DNA of 64,000 bases from Chloropicon primus (Eukaryota), in contig CP060757.1 in the NCBI GenBank assembly GCA_023205875.1, forward strand, positions 992,001 through 1,056,000, read 5' to 3'. Shown here piece after piece: positions 53,634 to 64,000 of the stretch. The notes below the pieces were generated by a model. The model did not search any database and was not told the DNA's origin. It saw only the letters and a program-made list of their open reading frames with translations. Numbering within the stretch: the stretch's first letter is position 1; each line of letters starts with the position of its first letter. The translations under genes and the position numbers were made by a program.

Positions 53634-54638
53634 TTATTCCTTCTGGGCCTTGTTCCAGGACAACAGAGTGACGTCTCCCAACTCTCTTGGGTACTTGCAA
53701 AGCAGTCCCAAGAAGACCAAGCCGAAGATGAAGCAGATGCTTCCGACGGTGAGGTAGGCAATGCCCAAGAAGTCGTTCTTTCCTCCGAGCCAAGAAGCAG
53801 TACTCAACACAAGCTTCTTCTTTCCGTCGAACTTGTAGGTGTTGTACCTGTTGTCGATGTCGACGGTGATGGTGCTTCCGGCCTCGACGTCCTGCTCGAT
53901 CTTTCCGTACAACTTCCTGAAGGTAGGGAGGGCAGAGGTTCTCATCCAGACGATGAAGTGCTCGTTCTCGTTCAGGGGACCGGAAATGCTTCCGCCTCCC
54001 CTGTACTCTGGGATATCGTTGAAGTTAAGAGTTGGCTGGTTTCCGAACTTCTCCTTCCTGTCACTGCTCCAAGCGATTCCCTTGTCCGTGAAAGGGAGGT
54101 TCTGCCCGTTCATAGCAAGGGAGTAAGTGTCGTTGAAAAAGGACCAGGCAATCAGACCGCAAGGGCTGACCTCCAGCTTCGCTTCTCCACCGGTGTAGAC
54201 CTTTGGCTCACAGCTGCTCATGGCTCCCGTAGCGTCGCCGCGAATCTGCTCGTCACTTCTGCTCTTGACGTATCTTCTGTGGTTCTGGTAAAAGTTGTGG
54301 AGCTCGTAGTAGATAAAGACTGGGGCCTTCATCTTCTCCGTGACCTGAAAGGACACCTGGCAGTTCGTTCCCGCCCCGTTCAGGGCCTGAAGGTTGGTCT
54401 CCCTATCCGCGTTGGAAGTTCCTTGCACGCACAAGTCGTCGTACCTCTGGGTGTACTCGACCACCTCGCTCGAGGCCTGGAGGCAAATTGCACCCAAGGG
54501 AATGAACAAGGTTCCTATGAACATGAAGGTGATGACCACCAGCTTCGGCACGAGCAGGGGCTTGCATGCCGGCAACTCCTGCTGGGTGAAAGGGTTATAC
54601 GTTGGTTCGTTGCTTCTCTCCTCCTTTACGTCCGCCAT
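53634..54638 (-). CDS. CDC50: CDC50/ALIS P4-ATPase flippase beta subunit
   Basis: FTQQELPACKP, NFYQNHRRYVKSRSD, PCGLIAWSFFND, FIVWMRTSALPTFRKLY and WLGGKNDFLGIAY. Confidence 0.95.
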   Translation of the reverse strand: MADVKEERSNEPTYNPFTQQELPACKPLLVPKLVVITFMFIGTLFIPLGAICLQASSEVVEYTQRYDDLCVQGTSNADRETNLQALNGAGTNCQVSFQVTEKMKAPVFIYYELHNFYQNHRRYVKSRSDEQIRGDATGAMSSCEPKVYTGGEAKLEVSPCGLIAWSFFNDTYSLAMNGQNLPFTDKGIAWSSDRKEKFGNQPTLNFNDIPEYRGGGSISGPLNENEHFIVWMRTSALPTFRKLYGKIEQDVEAGSTITVDIDNRYNTYKFDGKKKLVLSTASWLGGKNDFLGIAYLTVGSICFIFGLVFLGLLCKYPRELGDVTLLSWNKAQKE

Positions 54639-55727
54639 TTTGTCGCTCGCTTGTATTTTCTCGCCCTCAAGCTTAGTGGCTTTCCCACCAGCTTTTTCGG
54701 GTTCAGTACTCCACGCTTCCTGCGTGATGCTTCTGACTCTTCGCGTCGAAGAGTCCTCAAGAGGAAATACAAATCCGCCCTCGGGTTCGCCTCCTCTAAC
54801 ACCACTTCGCACCAAGCGGTCCGGTAAGGGTCAACTTCTTTCCAAAGCCGAGACTCAAACCAAAAGTCTTTGCTCCAGTCAGCTCTCCTCTCTCTCTCTT
54901 GGACTTCCAGCCCACAACTTTCCTCCCCAAAGCCTCAAAGATACCTCTCTAATTCGTCTTGATGCCCTTCTTTGCAAAACAACAAGGCAAGAAGACACAA
55001 AGAAGGCAAAGGCTGACTGAAGGAACGAAAACGAAAACGAAAAAAAATGAAGAAGAAAAAAAGCCGTCAAGAGAATCTTGGAGTGGAAAATCCATCTTGC
55101 GTACCAAAATACGACGACGGACAACGAAAAACCATTACAAACAGGAGAGAGAAGGAGAGAGAGAGAAGAGGAAGAGGGGTGGTGCAAGATGGAAAATCTA
55201 CTGCGTGTGGGACCTCGCGAAGAAACGTGGACGACGACGAGCGAGGGGAGAGCGCCCTCTCGCCTTCGAGGGTTGACGATGGTTGACGTACGTACGTACG
55301 TAGTAATCCCCTGTCCATTCGATCGAGTCTCCTCAATCCGTCGCTTCAATCCACCCCCTTCGTTTGCAACGAGAATCTCTTTCGACAGTCTGCTCTGCAG
55401 GGGAGAGACTCAAGGACCCAAAGTCTGGAGATGATGAATCTCTCTCATCGAATATGAAACCCCCGAACCTAACGGCTCAAAAATTTTGAGCCATGGCAGA
55501 AAAAACGGCAAAGCGGCTAAGGGCCACAACAGTTCGAGGAAAAAGTCGAGAGCGGCCCAGGTGCAGGTAGAGGGACGGGAGACAGAATCGCCGGGGGTGC
55601 CCTCGAACGATACGTGACCGCATGGCAGCAAAAGTCACCCGGAGCGGCAGTGGTGTTTCGTGAATCGAACGATTGACTTGAGATCCTTCCTCTTTGCATA
55701 GAGCAAGCCCCCTCGTAACTCGTGATT

Positions 55728-55906
55728 ATGGTGATGGAGCAAGCAGCGCCCGTTGCTGCGGTGGCGGGCGGGAGCGCCCCCCCAGCCAACAACAAGGCCG
55801 AGAAGGAGCCCGCGGAGCCGGCGAAGAAGAAGAGGAAGAACACCTCTCTCGGGAAGAACTTGAAGAGGAAGTGGGAGAACAAGGTAAATCACCTTTCTCC
55901 TTGGAT

Positions 55907-55942
<36 letters not shown>

Positions 55943-57071
55943 GGTCCCGGTCCCCTGCTGACTCGCGACCACGCCCCTCTCTCTCTCTCTTCACGCGCGT
56001 CGTCGTCGCCCGAGAAGACCGACGACTGCACGACGAGCCGGTACCGGGGCGTGACCAAGCACAGGAGGAGCGGAAGGTGGGAGTCCCACATCTGGGTCTC
56101 CGCCAAGGGCAAGCAGATCTACTTGGGGGGCTACGAGCTCGAGGAGCACGCGGCGTCCGCGTACGACGTGGCCCGACTGAAGATCAAGGGCAAGGCCGCG
56201 AAGACGAACTTCCCCGTCGAGAAGTACGACAAGGTCCTCGTGTACCTCGAGCAGCTCACCTTCGACGACTTGGTGATGGCGGTGCGGAAGCAGAGCCAGG
56301 TGAGGAGCCCGTCGAGGCGAGACGACCGGACTGCGGTGGCTGACTTTTCTTTTCGCGAACGCCCTCCTTTCTCCTTCTCACGAACTCTTCTCCATTTCCC
56401 AGGGCTTCGCGAAGAGTCCCGCGGGCATGAAGTGGGCCTCGAAGCACTCCTCCGGCAAGTGGGAGGCCAAGGCCTTGGTGGGGTCGGGATCCAAATCCAT
56501 CCACCTCGGGTACTTCGACAGCGAGCAGGAAGCCCTCGCCGCGCATCGCAGGGCCGTGGCCAAAATGAGCGGCGACTTTGCTCGAGCGAAGAGCGGCGCC
56601 CCGACGATCTCGTCGGCCACGCAGCCCGGGAAGCAGGCGGCTCTCGCCAGCGGCCACCAGATCGCCCAGAGGGAGCCCGAGCTGGGCATGACGGACCTGC
56701 AGAGCTACGAGATGAGGCTCTACGGCAAGATGGGTCTCGGCATCTCCAACCTGCCCTCCATGAAGTCGGCCAACGCCAACCAGCTCAGCAACCCAACCCT
56801 TGGAGCGACTCTGGCGTCCATGATGCAGCACCCCGAGCAGAAAGCCCAGAGCCTTGCCCCGCCAGAATACAACTCGCTCGCCCGCAACGCGCTGAGCACG
56901 CCGCAGTTGCCGGCTGGGGCCGGCTCGGTGCCGCAGAGCAAACTTTCGGAGGCGAACTCCGTCGTGGCCATGCAGCAGCAGCAGCTCCAGGCTTTGGCCT
57001 CCCTCCAAGGCAACCAGAGAATCATCAACCACTTCTCGGGCAACAACCTCAACGCCAACCCCGAGGTATGA
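55728..57071 (+). CDS. AP2-family transcription factor with two AP2 domains (second one degenerate); exons 55728-55883, 56015(or 56018)-56299, 56403-57071
   Basis: SRYRGVTKHRRSGRWESHIW...KQIYLGGY...AASAYD...TNFP, linker RKQSQ|GFAK, second unit GKWEAK...IHLGYFDSEQEA, and a Q/N-rich tail. Confidence 0.85.
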
Positions 57072-57211
57072 AAAACTAAGATAGCCTGCAATCAAATCAA
57101 TCACAACTTTTCCCCTGCGTCGTCGCGTCATCTAGACCCCCTGTGTCCACCTCATGTCATGAGAGATCGAAGTTCAAGTCGAGGTCCAGAACGAAGCCTG
57201 AACAGCGAGGC

Positions 57212-60118
57212 ATGGCGCTGAGGTTGTTGCGCGAGGCCGCGAGGGTGGGGGGCCGGGTGGCTGCCCAGACTCCCCTCCGCCGATACCACCTGGCGTCGTC
57301 CTTGGGCGGCGAGTCCCGGGGCGGCGCTTGCGTATTGTCCGACCACGCTGCAGCGGGCTTGAGAATGGGGATCGGACCAAAGTTTGGTTCCTCCAGAGTC
57401 TGCCTGCGTTTGCTCTCCGCGGAGGACGACGGCGCGTCGAAGGGGAAGGAGGGGAGGGTGCGGAAGAGGAAGTCGAGGGTGCGGGGGAAAGGCAAGGCGG
57501 CTGGATCTGGCGGGGGAAAATCCGGCGCCAGTTCCAGCAGCAGGAAGAAGTCTGACGGATCTGGGCCGACCAGCAACCTGTGGAAGATGATATCGGCGAT
57601 CGAGGACGCGACGGAGGCGGTGGCGGTCGCCGAGGGCGCGGGGGGGCTGGAGGCCAGCCAGAAGGGGGGCAATGCCCTGGTGCCGACGCACCAGGGAGCC
57701 GCGCTTCGGCAGCTCGTCGTCGTGCCCCTCAGGAGTCAGCCCCTCCTCCCCGGAATCTTGCTTCCCGTTGTGGTGAGAGACCCCAAGACTCTCGAGGCGA
57801 TCAGGGAGATGAAGGATCGGGGCCAGGCCTACGTGGGAACGTTCTTCCACCGCAATGACGACGTCAGTCCCTTGGCTCAGGACCAGGAAAACCTGTCGGA
57901 CGCGTCCTTGGAGGACAGGGACTTTGAGCTCTCCGAGAGCTTGGACGAGCTCCACGAGGTTGGCTCCCTTGCCCAGGTCCACCAGGTGACCGAGGGGTTC
58001 GAGGGCAGCGGGCACGTCTTGCTCATGGCCCACCGGAGGGTTAGAAGAATCGACACCGTGTCCCGAAACCCCAACACCGTCGTCGTGGAGCATCTGAAAG
58101 ACATGGATTACGATCGCGACGACGATATCATCAGGGCCACCACAATGGAAGTGGTCCAGTGCATCAAGCAGCTGCTTCTGGTGAGCCCGATCTACAAAGA
58201 GCAGGTCCAGTACCTTTCGAGGAATAATTATTACATCCACGATCCCAGCAGGATCGCTGATCTGGGCGCGACGCTGTGCAGCGTGGAGGGGAAGGACATT
58301 CAAGACATTCTCGAGGAGTTGGACGTCAAGAAGAGGCTTGACAAGACTCTGCTGCTCTTGAAAAAGGAAGTCGAGCTGAACAAAATTCAAACCAAAATCA
58401 GCAAGCAGGTGGAGGACACCATCAACGAGAAGCAGAGGAAGTACTTTTTGATGGAGCAGCTCAAGAGCATCAAGAAGGAGCTCGGGATGGAGAAGGACGA
58501 CAAGAGCGCCTTGACGTCCAAGTTCCAGGAGTTGCTCGATTCATTCAGGTCAGATGCCCCGGAGAACATCGTCAAGGTCATCGAAGAGGAGCTTCAGAAG
58601 CTGTCCGATCTTCAGTCGGCTTCTCCCGAGTTCAACGTCACTCGAACGTATCTCGACTGGCTGACGTCGATCCCGTGGGGAAAGTTTTCTGAGGACAAGC
58701 TTGATGTCGAGTTCGCGAAAGAGGTCCTGGACGAGGACCATTTCGGGCTTGACGATGTCAAGGAAAGGATTCTGGAGTTCATCGCGGTTGCAACCCTCAA
58801 AGGAATGGCTCAGGGTAAAATCCTTTGCCTCGTAGGTCCGCCGGGGGTGGGGAAAACGTCTATCGGCAAGTCCATCGCTCGCGCCCTGGGAAGGAAGTAC
58901 TACAGGTTCTCCGTGGGAGGCTTGAGTGACGTCGCAGAGGTCAAAGGCCACCGCAGGACTTACATCGGGGCAATGCCAGGCAAACTGGTGCAGTGCTTGA
59001 AGACCTCGGGCACGGGCAACCCACTCGTGCTCATCGACGAGATTGATAAGCTTGGGCGGGGAGTCAGCGGAGATCCTGCCAGCGCCCTCCTCGAGCTTTT
59101 GGACCCAGAGCAGAATTCGGGTTTCGTGGATCACTACCTGGACGTGCCTTTGGATTTGTCGAAAGTGCTGTTCGTTTGCACTGCGAATACCTTGGACACC
59201 ATACCTGCTCCACTGCTGGACCGGATGGAAATTATCAGGATCTCCGGGTACATCTCGTCCGAGAAGTTTGCGATTGCGAAGACGTACCTGGAGCCAGACG
59301 CCGTGGAGATGACGGGAATGCCAAAAGACAGCTCCGAGATCAGCGACGGGGCGATGCACAAGCTGATCGACGAGTACTGCAGGGAGTCCGGGGTGAGAAA
59401 CTTGAAAAACCACATAGAAAAGGTGTACCGCAAGCTTGCTCTGGAGCTGGTCCGGCAAAATGTCCACAAGGGCTCGGAAGTCGAGAAGATTGTGGTAGAG
59501 GAGGAAGACTTGTCAAAGTATGTGGGACCACCGGCTTTCACGACCGAGAGAATTTGGGAGCAGACACCGATCGGAGTCATAATGGGCCTGGCCTGGACTT
59601 CCATGGGCGGGTCTACGCTCTACGTGGAAGCGAGCGTGGTAGAGAAGGGCGAGGGGAAGGGCTCCATCACTACAACGGGCTCCCTTGGAGACGTCATGAA
59701 GGAGAGTGCCTTGATAGCCTACGCTTGTGCCAAGGACTGCCTCCTGCAGATGGACCCAGAAAACGATTTTTTCCAAACCAACCGAATTCATATCCACGTT
59801 CCAGCAGGCGCCACACCGAAGGACGGGCCTTCAGCGGGCTGCACAATGATAACAGCGCTGCTGTCTCTCGCCCTGGGCCGCAGTGCGGTCCCAGATTTGG
59901 CCATGACGGGGGAGGTCACCCTCACGGGACGGATTCTACCTGTCGGGGGCATAAAGGAGAAGGTGATTGCGGCAAGAAGAAGCGGCGTGAAGACGATTAT
60001 TCTTCCCAAAGAGAACTTGAAGGATGTGGCTGAGCTGGCGGAGGAGGTGAAGGAGGGGCTTGATATCAATTACGTGGAAACGTATCAACAGGTTCTAGAC
60101 ATAGCCTTCCCAAAGTAA
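57212..60118 (+). CDS. LON1: Mitochondrial Lon protease
   Basis: Presequence, [40 protein letters not shown] (catalytic Ser) and GGIKEK. Confidence 0.95.
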   Translation: MALRLLREAARVGGRVAAQTPLRRYHLASSLGGESRGGACVLSDHAAAGLRMGIGPKFGSSRVCLRLLSAEDDGASKGKEGRVRKRKSRVRGKGKAAGSGGGKSGASSSSRKKSDGSGPTSNLWKMISAIEDATEAVAVAEGAGGLEASQKGGNALVPTHQGAALRQLVVVPLRSQPLLPGILLPVVVRDPKTLEAIREMKDRGQAYVGTFFHRNDDVSPLAQDQENLSDASLEDRDFELSESLDELHEVGSLAQVHQVTEGFEGSGHVLLMAHRRVRRIDTVSRNPNTVVVEHLKDMDYDRDDDIIRATTMEVVQCIKQLLLVSPIYKEQVQYLSRNNYYIHDPSRIADLGATLCSVEGKDIQDILEELDVKKRLDKTLLLLKKEVELNKIQTKISKQVEDTINEKQRKYFLMEQLKSIKKELGMEKDDKSALTSKFQELLDSFRSDAPENIVKVIEEELQKLSDLQSASPEFNVTRTYLDWLTSIPWGKFSEDKLDVEFAKEVLDEDHFGLDDVKERILEFIAVATLKGMAQGKILCLVGPPGVGKTSIGKSIARALGRKYYRFSVGGLSDVAEVKGHRRTYIGAMPGKLVQCLKTSGTGNPLVLIDEIDKLGRGVSGDPASALLELLDPEQNSGFVDHYLDVPLDLSKVLFVCTANTLDTIPAPLLDRMEIIRISGYISSEKFAIAKTYLEPDAVEMTGMPKDSSEISDGAMHKLIDEYCRESGVRNLKNHIEKVYRKLALELVRQNVHKGSEVEKIVVEEEDLSKYVGPPAFTTERIWEQTPIGVIMGLAWTSMGGSTLYVEASVVEKGEGKGSITTTGSLGDVMKESALIAYACAKDCLLQMDPENDFFQTNRIHIHVPAGATPKDGPSAGCTMITALLSLALGRSAVPDLAMTGEVTLTGRILPVGGIKEKVIAARRSGVKTIILPKENLKDVAELAEEVKEGLDINYVETYQQVLDIAFPK

Positions 60119-60196
60119 CGTTCCTCTCGGTTTGGTTTGTATATAATTATTTCTTTTGTGTGTTTAGCGCAACAAAGAAGAATGTCTGCAGTTCGA

Positions 60197-61438
60197 TCAG
60201 TCTTCACTCTCGCTGTCGCTCCCGTCGAGGTCATCCAACTCCGGCATCGGGAATCGCAGAATCGCGGCAATACCTCCCATCGAACCCAACTGCTCCCCAG
60301 AGACATGCATCGACGAGAAAATAAATGACTTCCCTCCACCTTGCTCAACAGATTCAACCAGCTTGGTCCACTTGATGCGAGTTTCAGCATTGCGATTCCT
60401 GAACAACGAGTCGACTATCAGTATGTCCTGTATCGCCCCCATCTCAGCCGCAGCTTCCACTGGAACTTCGCCGTAAAAAGCCCTCGTGTCGTCGTGAGAC
60501 AACATGTCGTAAAACCTGTTCAGCGCATCCGTTTGCAAGGACGCCCTCGTGTTGGCGATCCTCTTTGAAATCTCCGGCGACGACAGAACCTCCTGCAGAG
60601 AGTGGCCAAATGCACTAGAAGCATGTGCGGTGATGATCTTGCTCTTGTTCTCCAGCACCGAGACCAAGGAGGTGCCCGCGTTCTTCGTGTCCCCCGCATC
60701 GATACTACCTTTCGTTCTCGTGGCCTCCAGGAGCAAGTCCTTCAAGAGCTCGTCCTTTGTGAAGCCAGGCCCAGCCAGGACAAGGCACTGGATGCTCTTG
60801 AAATCGATATTCTGAGCGATAGCCATGGCGCACCTCCCGAAGAATTTCGACTGAGCCTTTCCTATTCCCGCGGCTGCAGCTCCGTATTTCTTCGGCATCC
60901 TAGTCTCTATCTTGGCCACCTTCATGGACAGGCCTTCGCTGCCGATGAGGTGGAGGGAAGCGTACCCTTCCTCCACCAGCATTACTGCGAGATCGACCAC
61001 CCCGAGCTTCGCCTTGTCAGAGCACGCTTTTTTGATCGTGTCCAAAGCAAACCTGTCCCAGCCCGGTGCCTCCTGCTTCTCAATAGTGAGTGCCCTGTTC
61101 GGAGCAATCGTGAGGGTGTGGTACGAGCCCACCCTAACCTGGTCGCTCGCCTCGTTGGTGACGCGGCCCCTTAGTCGCAACTCCGCAGCCTCGCCGTCGT
61201 ACTCTATCGCTTCGACCTTCACTGCAAGCGTCAGTCGCACCCTCTGCTGGTTGCTCGAGCCCCCGAGCTCGTTGCCGCTGTTGCTGGAGAGGTCCACCTT
61301 CCTGAAAGTCGAGGAAGTCACCACGTCGCCCACGACGATGATGTTGTACAGGTGCCATATGTCCTCCTCGCTCTGGGGCTCCACCTTAAACAGACCCGTG
61401 CCGTCCGAGTTCTCGACATCTTTCTTGATGAGCTTCAT
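60197..61438 (-). CDS. PELO: Pelota/Dom34 ribosome rescue factor
   Basis: EDIWHLYNII..GD...STFRKV, GSYHTL, GPGFTK, RAFYG and SSMHVSGEQL..MGGIAAILRFP. Confidence 0.95.
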   Translation of the reverse strand: MKLIKKDVENSDGTGLFKVEPQSEEDIWHLYNIIVVGDVVTSSTFRKVDLSSNSGNELGGSSNQQRVRLTLAVKVEAIEYDGEAAELRLRGRVTNEASDQVRVGSYHTLTIAPNRALTIEKQEAPGWDRFALDTIKKACSDKAKLGVVDLAVMLVEEGYASLHLIGSEGLSMKVAKIETRMPKKYGAAAAGIGKAQSKFFGRCAMAIAQNIDFKSIQCLVLAGPGFTKDELLKDLLLEATRTKGSIDAGDTKNAGTSLVSVLENKSKIITAHASSAFGHSLQEVLSSPEISKRIANTRASLQTDALNRFYDMLSHDDTRAFYGEVPVEAAAEMGAIQDILIVDSLFRNRNAETRIKWTKLVESVEQGGGKSFIFSSMHVSGEQLGSMGGIAAILRFPMPELDDLDGSDSESED

Positions 61439-61743
61439 CGTTGCTGCTCACCCACACCACGCAACGACCACCACCCACCTCCACACCGCCAGCAAGTGTG
61501 AAGCCTGCTCGACCAGGTTGACACAACGATACCCCGGCAGTTCCTCCGCGCAACCAGATGACCGACCCCGCCCCCTCCTCTCCCTCCGCGGAGAAGTACC
61601 CCAACCCCTCACCTCCGTCCTGCGTTCTGCTTTCTGCTGAAAATTTTTCAGAAAGGGCAGCAGAGCTCTCCTCTCTCTCGAGGAGGCAAGGAACCTGACG
61701 ACGAGTTGGACGAGGACGACGAGGAAAGAATAGGAGTAGGACG

Positions 61744-62739
61744 ATGGCGAGGTCCCTGTGGATGGCAGCGTTCTGCGTCCTCCTCGTCGCGGCGGGTCAG
61801 TTTGCGTCGGCAGCGCCAGAAGGACGAAGGAAGAGAAGTTGGTCGAAGCGCTTTCCCCACGACTATGATCTGGATGGCCAAGTGGTTCGCACGGAGCTCC
61901 CTCACGCGGCGGTGAAGGCGAGCGAGGTTCCGGAGTCCTTGGACTGGAGGGATGTCAACGGGATATCCTTCGTGACGAAGGTCGGGAACCAGATGCTGCC
62001 GCGGGGCTGTGGGAGCTGCTGGGCCTTCTCCACAGCGGGTTCAGTGTCAGACAGAATCAAGATAGGTCGGTACAGTCAGACCGGGAAGTTGACCACGGAG
62101 GTCAACCTCGCGGTTCAGGCTCTCCTCGACTGCGGGGCAGCGAACCACTCGATAGGGGGGTGCCACGGGGGGAGCGCACAGAACGCTTTCAGCTTCATGT
62201 ACGAGCACGGGATTCCTGACGAGACCTGCGCCCCCTACATTGCCTCCTCGCCCGGGTGGTGGTCCGAGGAGGACTGCTGGGACACCCTGTGCAGAACGTG
62301 CGACCGCCACGGGAATTGCTATCTCACCAACGACGGGAAGAGGTACAAAGTGCAGGAGTTTGGTCTCATCTTGCCCAGCACTGGCGCGTCGGACCGTGGG
62401 AGCGACATGGTGTTCAAGATGCAGGCGGAGATCATGCAGCGGGGGCCCATAGTCTGTGGAATGTACGCCCATTCAAGCAGCTTTGACGACTACCTCCCGG
62501 CAAACATGGGGAACTACACCGACTCTGTCATCACGGATGGCGCAACGTACAGCGGGATCACCCACGACATCGAGTTGGTGGGTTGGGGGGTTTCCGAGGA
62601 CACGAAAATACCGTATTGGATTGGGAAGAACTCGTACGGGACAAGGTGGGGCCTCGACGGGTTCTTCCTCATCCAACGGGGATCGAACACCCTGAACATC
62701 GAGGAGGTGTGCCACTGGGCGGTTCCCCAGTTGGACTGA
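61744..62739 (+). CDS. Papain-family cysteine protease, cathepsin X/Z-like
   Basis: Signal peptide, short propeptide, DWRDVNG..FVT, NQMLPRGCGSCWAF (mini-loop insertion), GIPDETC, THDIELVGWG and YWIGKNSYG. Confidence 0.88.
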   Translation: MARSLWMAAFCVLLVAAGQFASAAPEGRRKRSWSKRFPHDYDLDGQVVRTELPHAAVKASEVPESLDWRDVNGISFVTKVGNQMLPRGCGSCWAFSTAGSVSDRIKIGRYSQTGKLTTEVNLAVQALLDCGAANHSIGGCHGGSAQNAFSFMYEHGIPDETCAPYIASSPGWWSEEDCWDTLCRTCDRHGNCYLTNDGKRYKVQEFGLILPSTGASDRGSDMVFKMQAEIMQRGPIVCGMYAHSSSFDDYLPANMGNYTDSVITDGATYSGITHDIELVGWGVSEDTKIPYWIGKNSYGTRWGLDGFFLIQRGSNTLNIEEVCHWAVPQLD

Positions 62740-62831
62740 ACAGAGGAATCAACAATATTTATGATGAATCAAAAGAAAACGCAGTAATATGCACATATGA
62801 AAACAATCCATAACCCCCAAAAAAAGAATCA

Positions 62832-63889
62832 CTAGTACTGGCCCGTCGAGTACAGCGAGCTCAGAGCCTGCTGAGCCTCGATCGAGCCGTGTTTCGCAGC
62901 CCTCCTGAACCAGAAGACGGCCTCGGAGTAGCTGCCCGTCCCGGCGTAGAGGAACATGTCCGAGTAGCTTTCCTCCCCCGATTCTCCGTCCTGGATGCCA
63001 AGTAAGAAAGTTTGGTCGTCAGCGAGTGATGGTCGCACTCCCTAAGCGCGAAGCCTGTGGCGTACCTGAAATATGTAACCCAGAAGCAGCTCGGACCTCG
63101 CGAGCATTGGGTCGACCCCTTCGAACTTTTCGCCGTGATCGACCGCCTTGTTCAACCACAGCACTGAAAACACGGAGAAGGTCAGTCTGCCTGCTGATTC
63201 CTCAACAACTTTGGTCTCCCGCCACTCACCTGCTTGCTCAATGTCCCTGATGCAACGAATCTGGGAGAGCTGCACCCCGCCGCCGCAGTAGAACGCCTCC
63301 CCAAGGACCGCCTGGCAGAACTTTGATCCCAACCTCGCTCCCCTCTTCCAGAGGTGCACCAAGTCGAAAGTCATCGCCTCCGCCGAATAGCTGCCGTCGA
63401 CATCCTTCGCCCTGCCCATGTCGTCGCAAATCTGCTTGTACTTCTCCCACGTCTCCCCCTGCCCGATCCTCCCCCGTCGCCTCACGCTCTCGTAGCTAGC
63501 CATGCAGAACTCTGTCATGCTGCGCGAGCGAACAACAAGGACGACGAACAAGTTGTGTGTGTGTGTGTGTGTCAGAAACAAGCACCAGAGAAGCAGATCA
63601 AAGAGGACGACGGGCTCGTTCGACTTACTACATGGCCACCACGAGTGCGGCGCTGGGCGATCCCCACCTGGCCATGGCATCCACGAGTTTGGGCAGCCTG
63701 CCAGGCAAGTGCCTGTTGAGCCTCTGGTTGATTAGCATCTGCACCCCTCCTGGTGGTGCCGGACGTTGTCCACCGAGACAAGTCCTCGTCGCCAGTTCCA
63801 TGGAGCAGTACCGGAACCGACTCGTGACCTCCTTGGGCAGCGCGAAGCTCTGCTTCACCAGGCCCTCCGCGGGAGAGTCAAGCAGCGCG
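62832..63889 (-). CDS. Sel1-like repeat protein (multi-exon; 5' part probably continues beyond the window)
   Basis: Introns 63667-63520, 63229-63164 and 63065-62991 are frame-consistent. Motifs: LWKRGARLGS..CQAVLGEAFY, LWLNKAV and EAVFWFRRAAKHGSIEAQQALSSLY. Confidence 0.65.
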
Positions 63890-64000
63890 CTAACCGCGGG
63901 ACGAAAAGAGAAGAAGGATTTGAGAGACAGAGAATAATCAGTCGGAGAATAGTCAAAAGACCAAAATTGGGCTTCGCGCCAAGTCTCGGGGACGAAAACC

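Noticed and set aside
55694..57079. Single 461-aa ORF as the AP2 gene
   Set aside because: It reads through a (CT)n intron and then out-of-frame sequence. The three-exon model has proper splice signals and recovers the second AP2 unit.

Overview
Gene-dense, GC-rich eukaryotic nuclear DNA from a compact green-algal (chlorophyte) genome. Evidence: spliceosomal GT-AG introns with a recurrent (G)CTGAC branch motif, TGTAA poly(A) signals, plastid- and mitochondrion-targeted proteins, and intergenic gaps often of only 40-400 bp. A prasinophyte-grade, Chloropicon-like alga is a plausible but unverified guess. About 40 protein-coding genes are recognisable, mostly housekeeping. Exon structures were worked out by eye for the intron-containing genes. 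Highlights: (1) an inverted, apparently gene-converted pair of EBS/SHL-type BAH-PHD readers, one fused to an HMG box and missing cage aromatics, next to a SMYD-type SET gene; (2) a co-oriented formaldehyde-detoxification pair (S-formylglutathione hydrolase and class III ADH) with TOM6 antisense between them; (3) an intronic C/D-box snoRNA of the snR39/U51 type inside a HAKAI gene; (4) unusual domain architectures (GH5 mannanase-NHL, VASt-TM-2xDysF, ATE1 with an ArgRS-N-like insert, VTA1 with beta-barrel inserts); (5) an arogenate dehydratase with a substituted TRF motif, and a frameshifted UBM/RGG protein. No transposon, CRISPR array, tRNA or rRNA gene was seen. All family calls are from motif recognition, not database searches.
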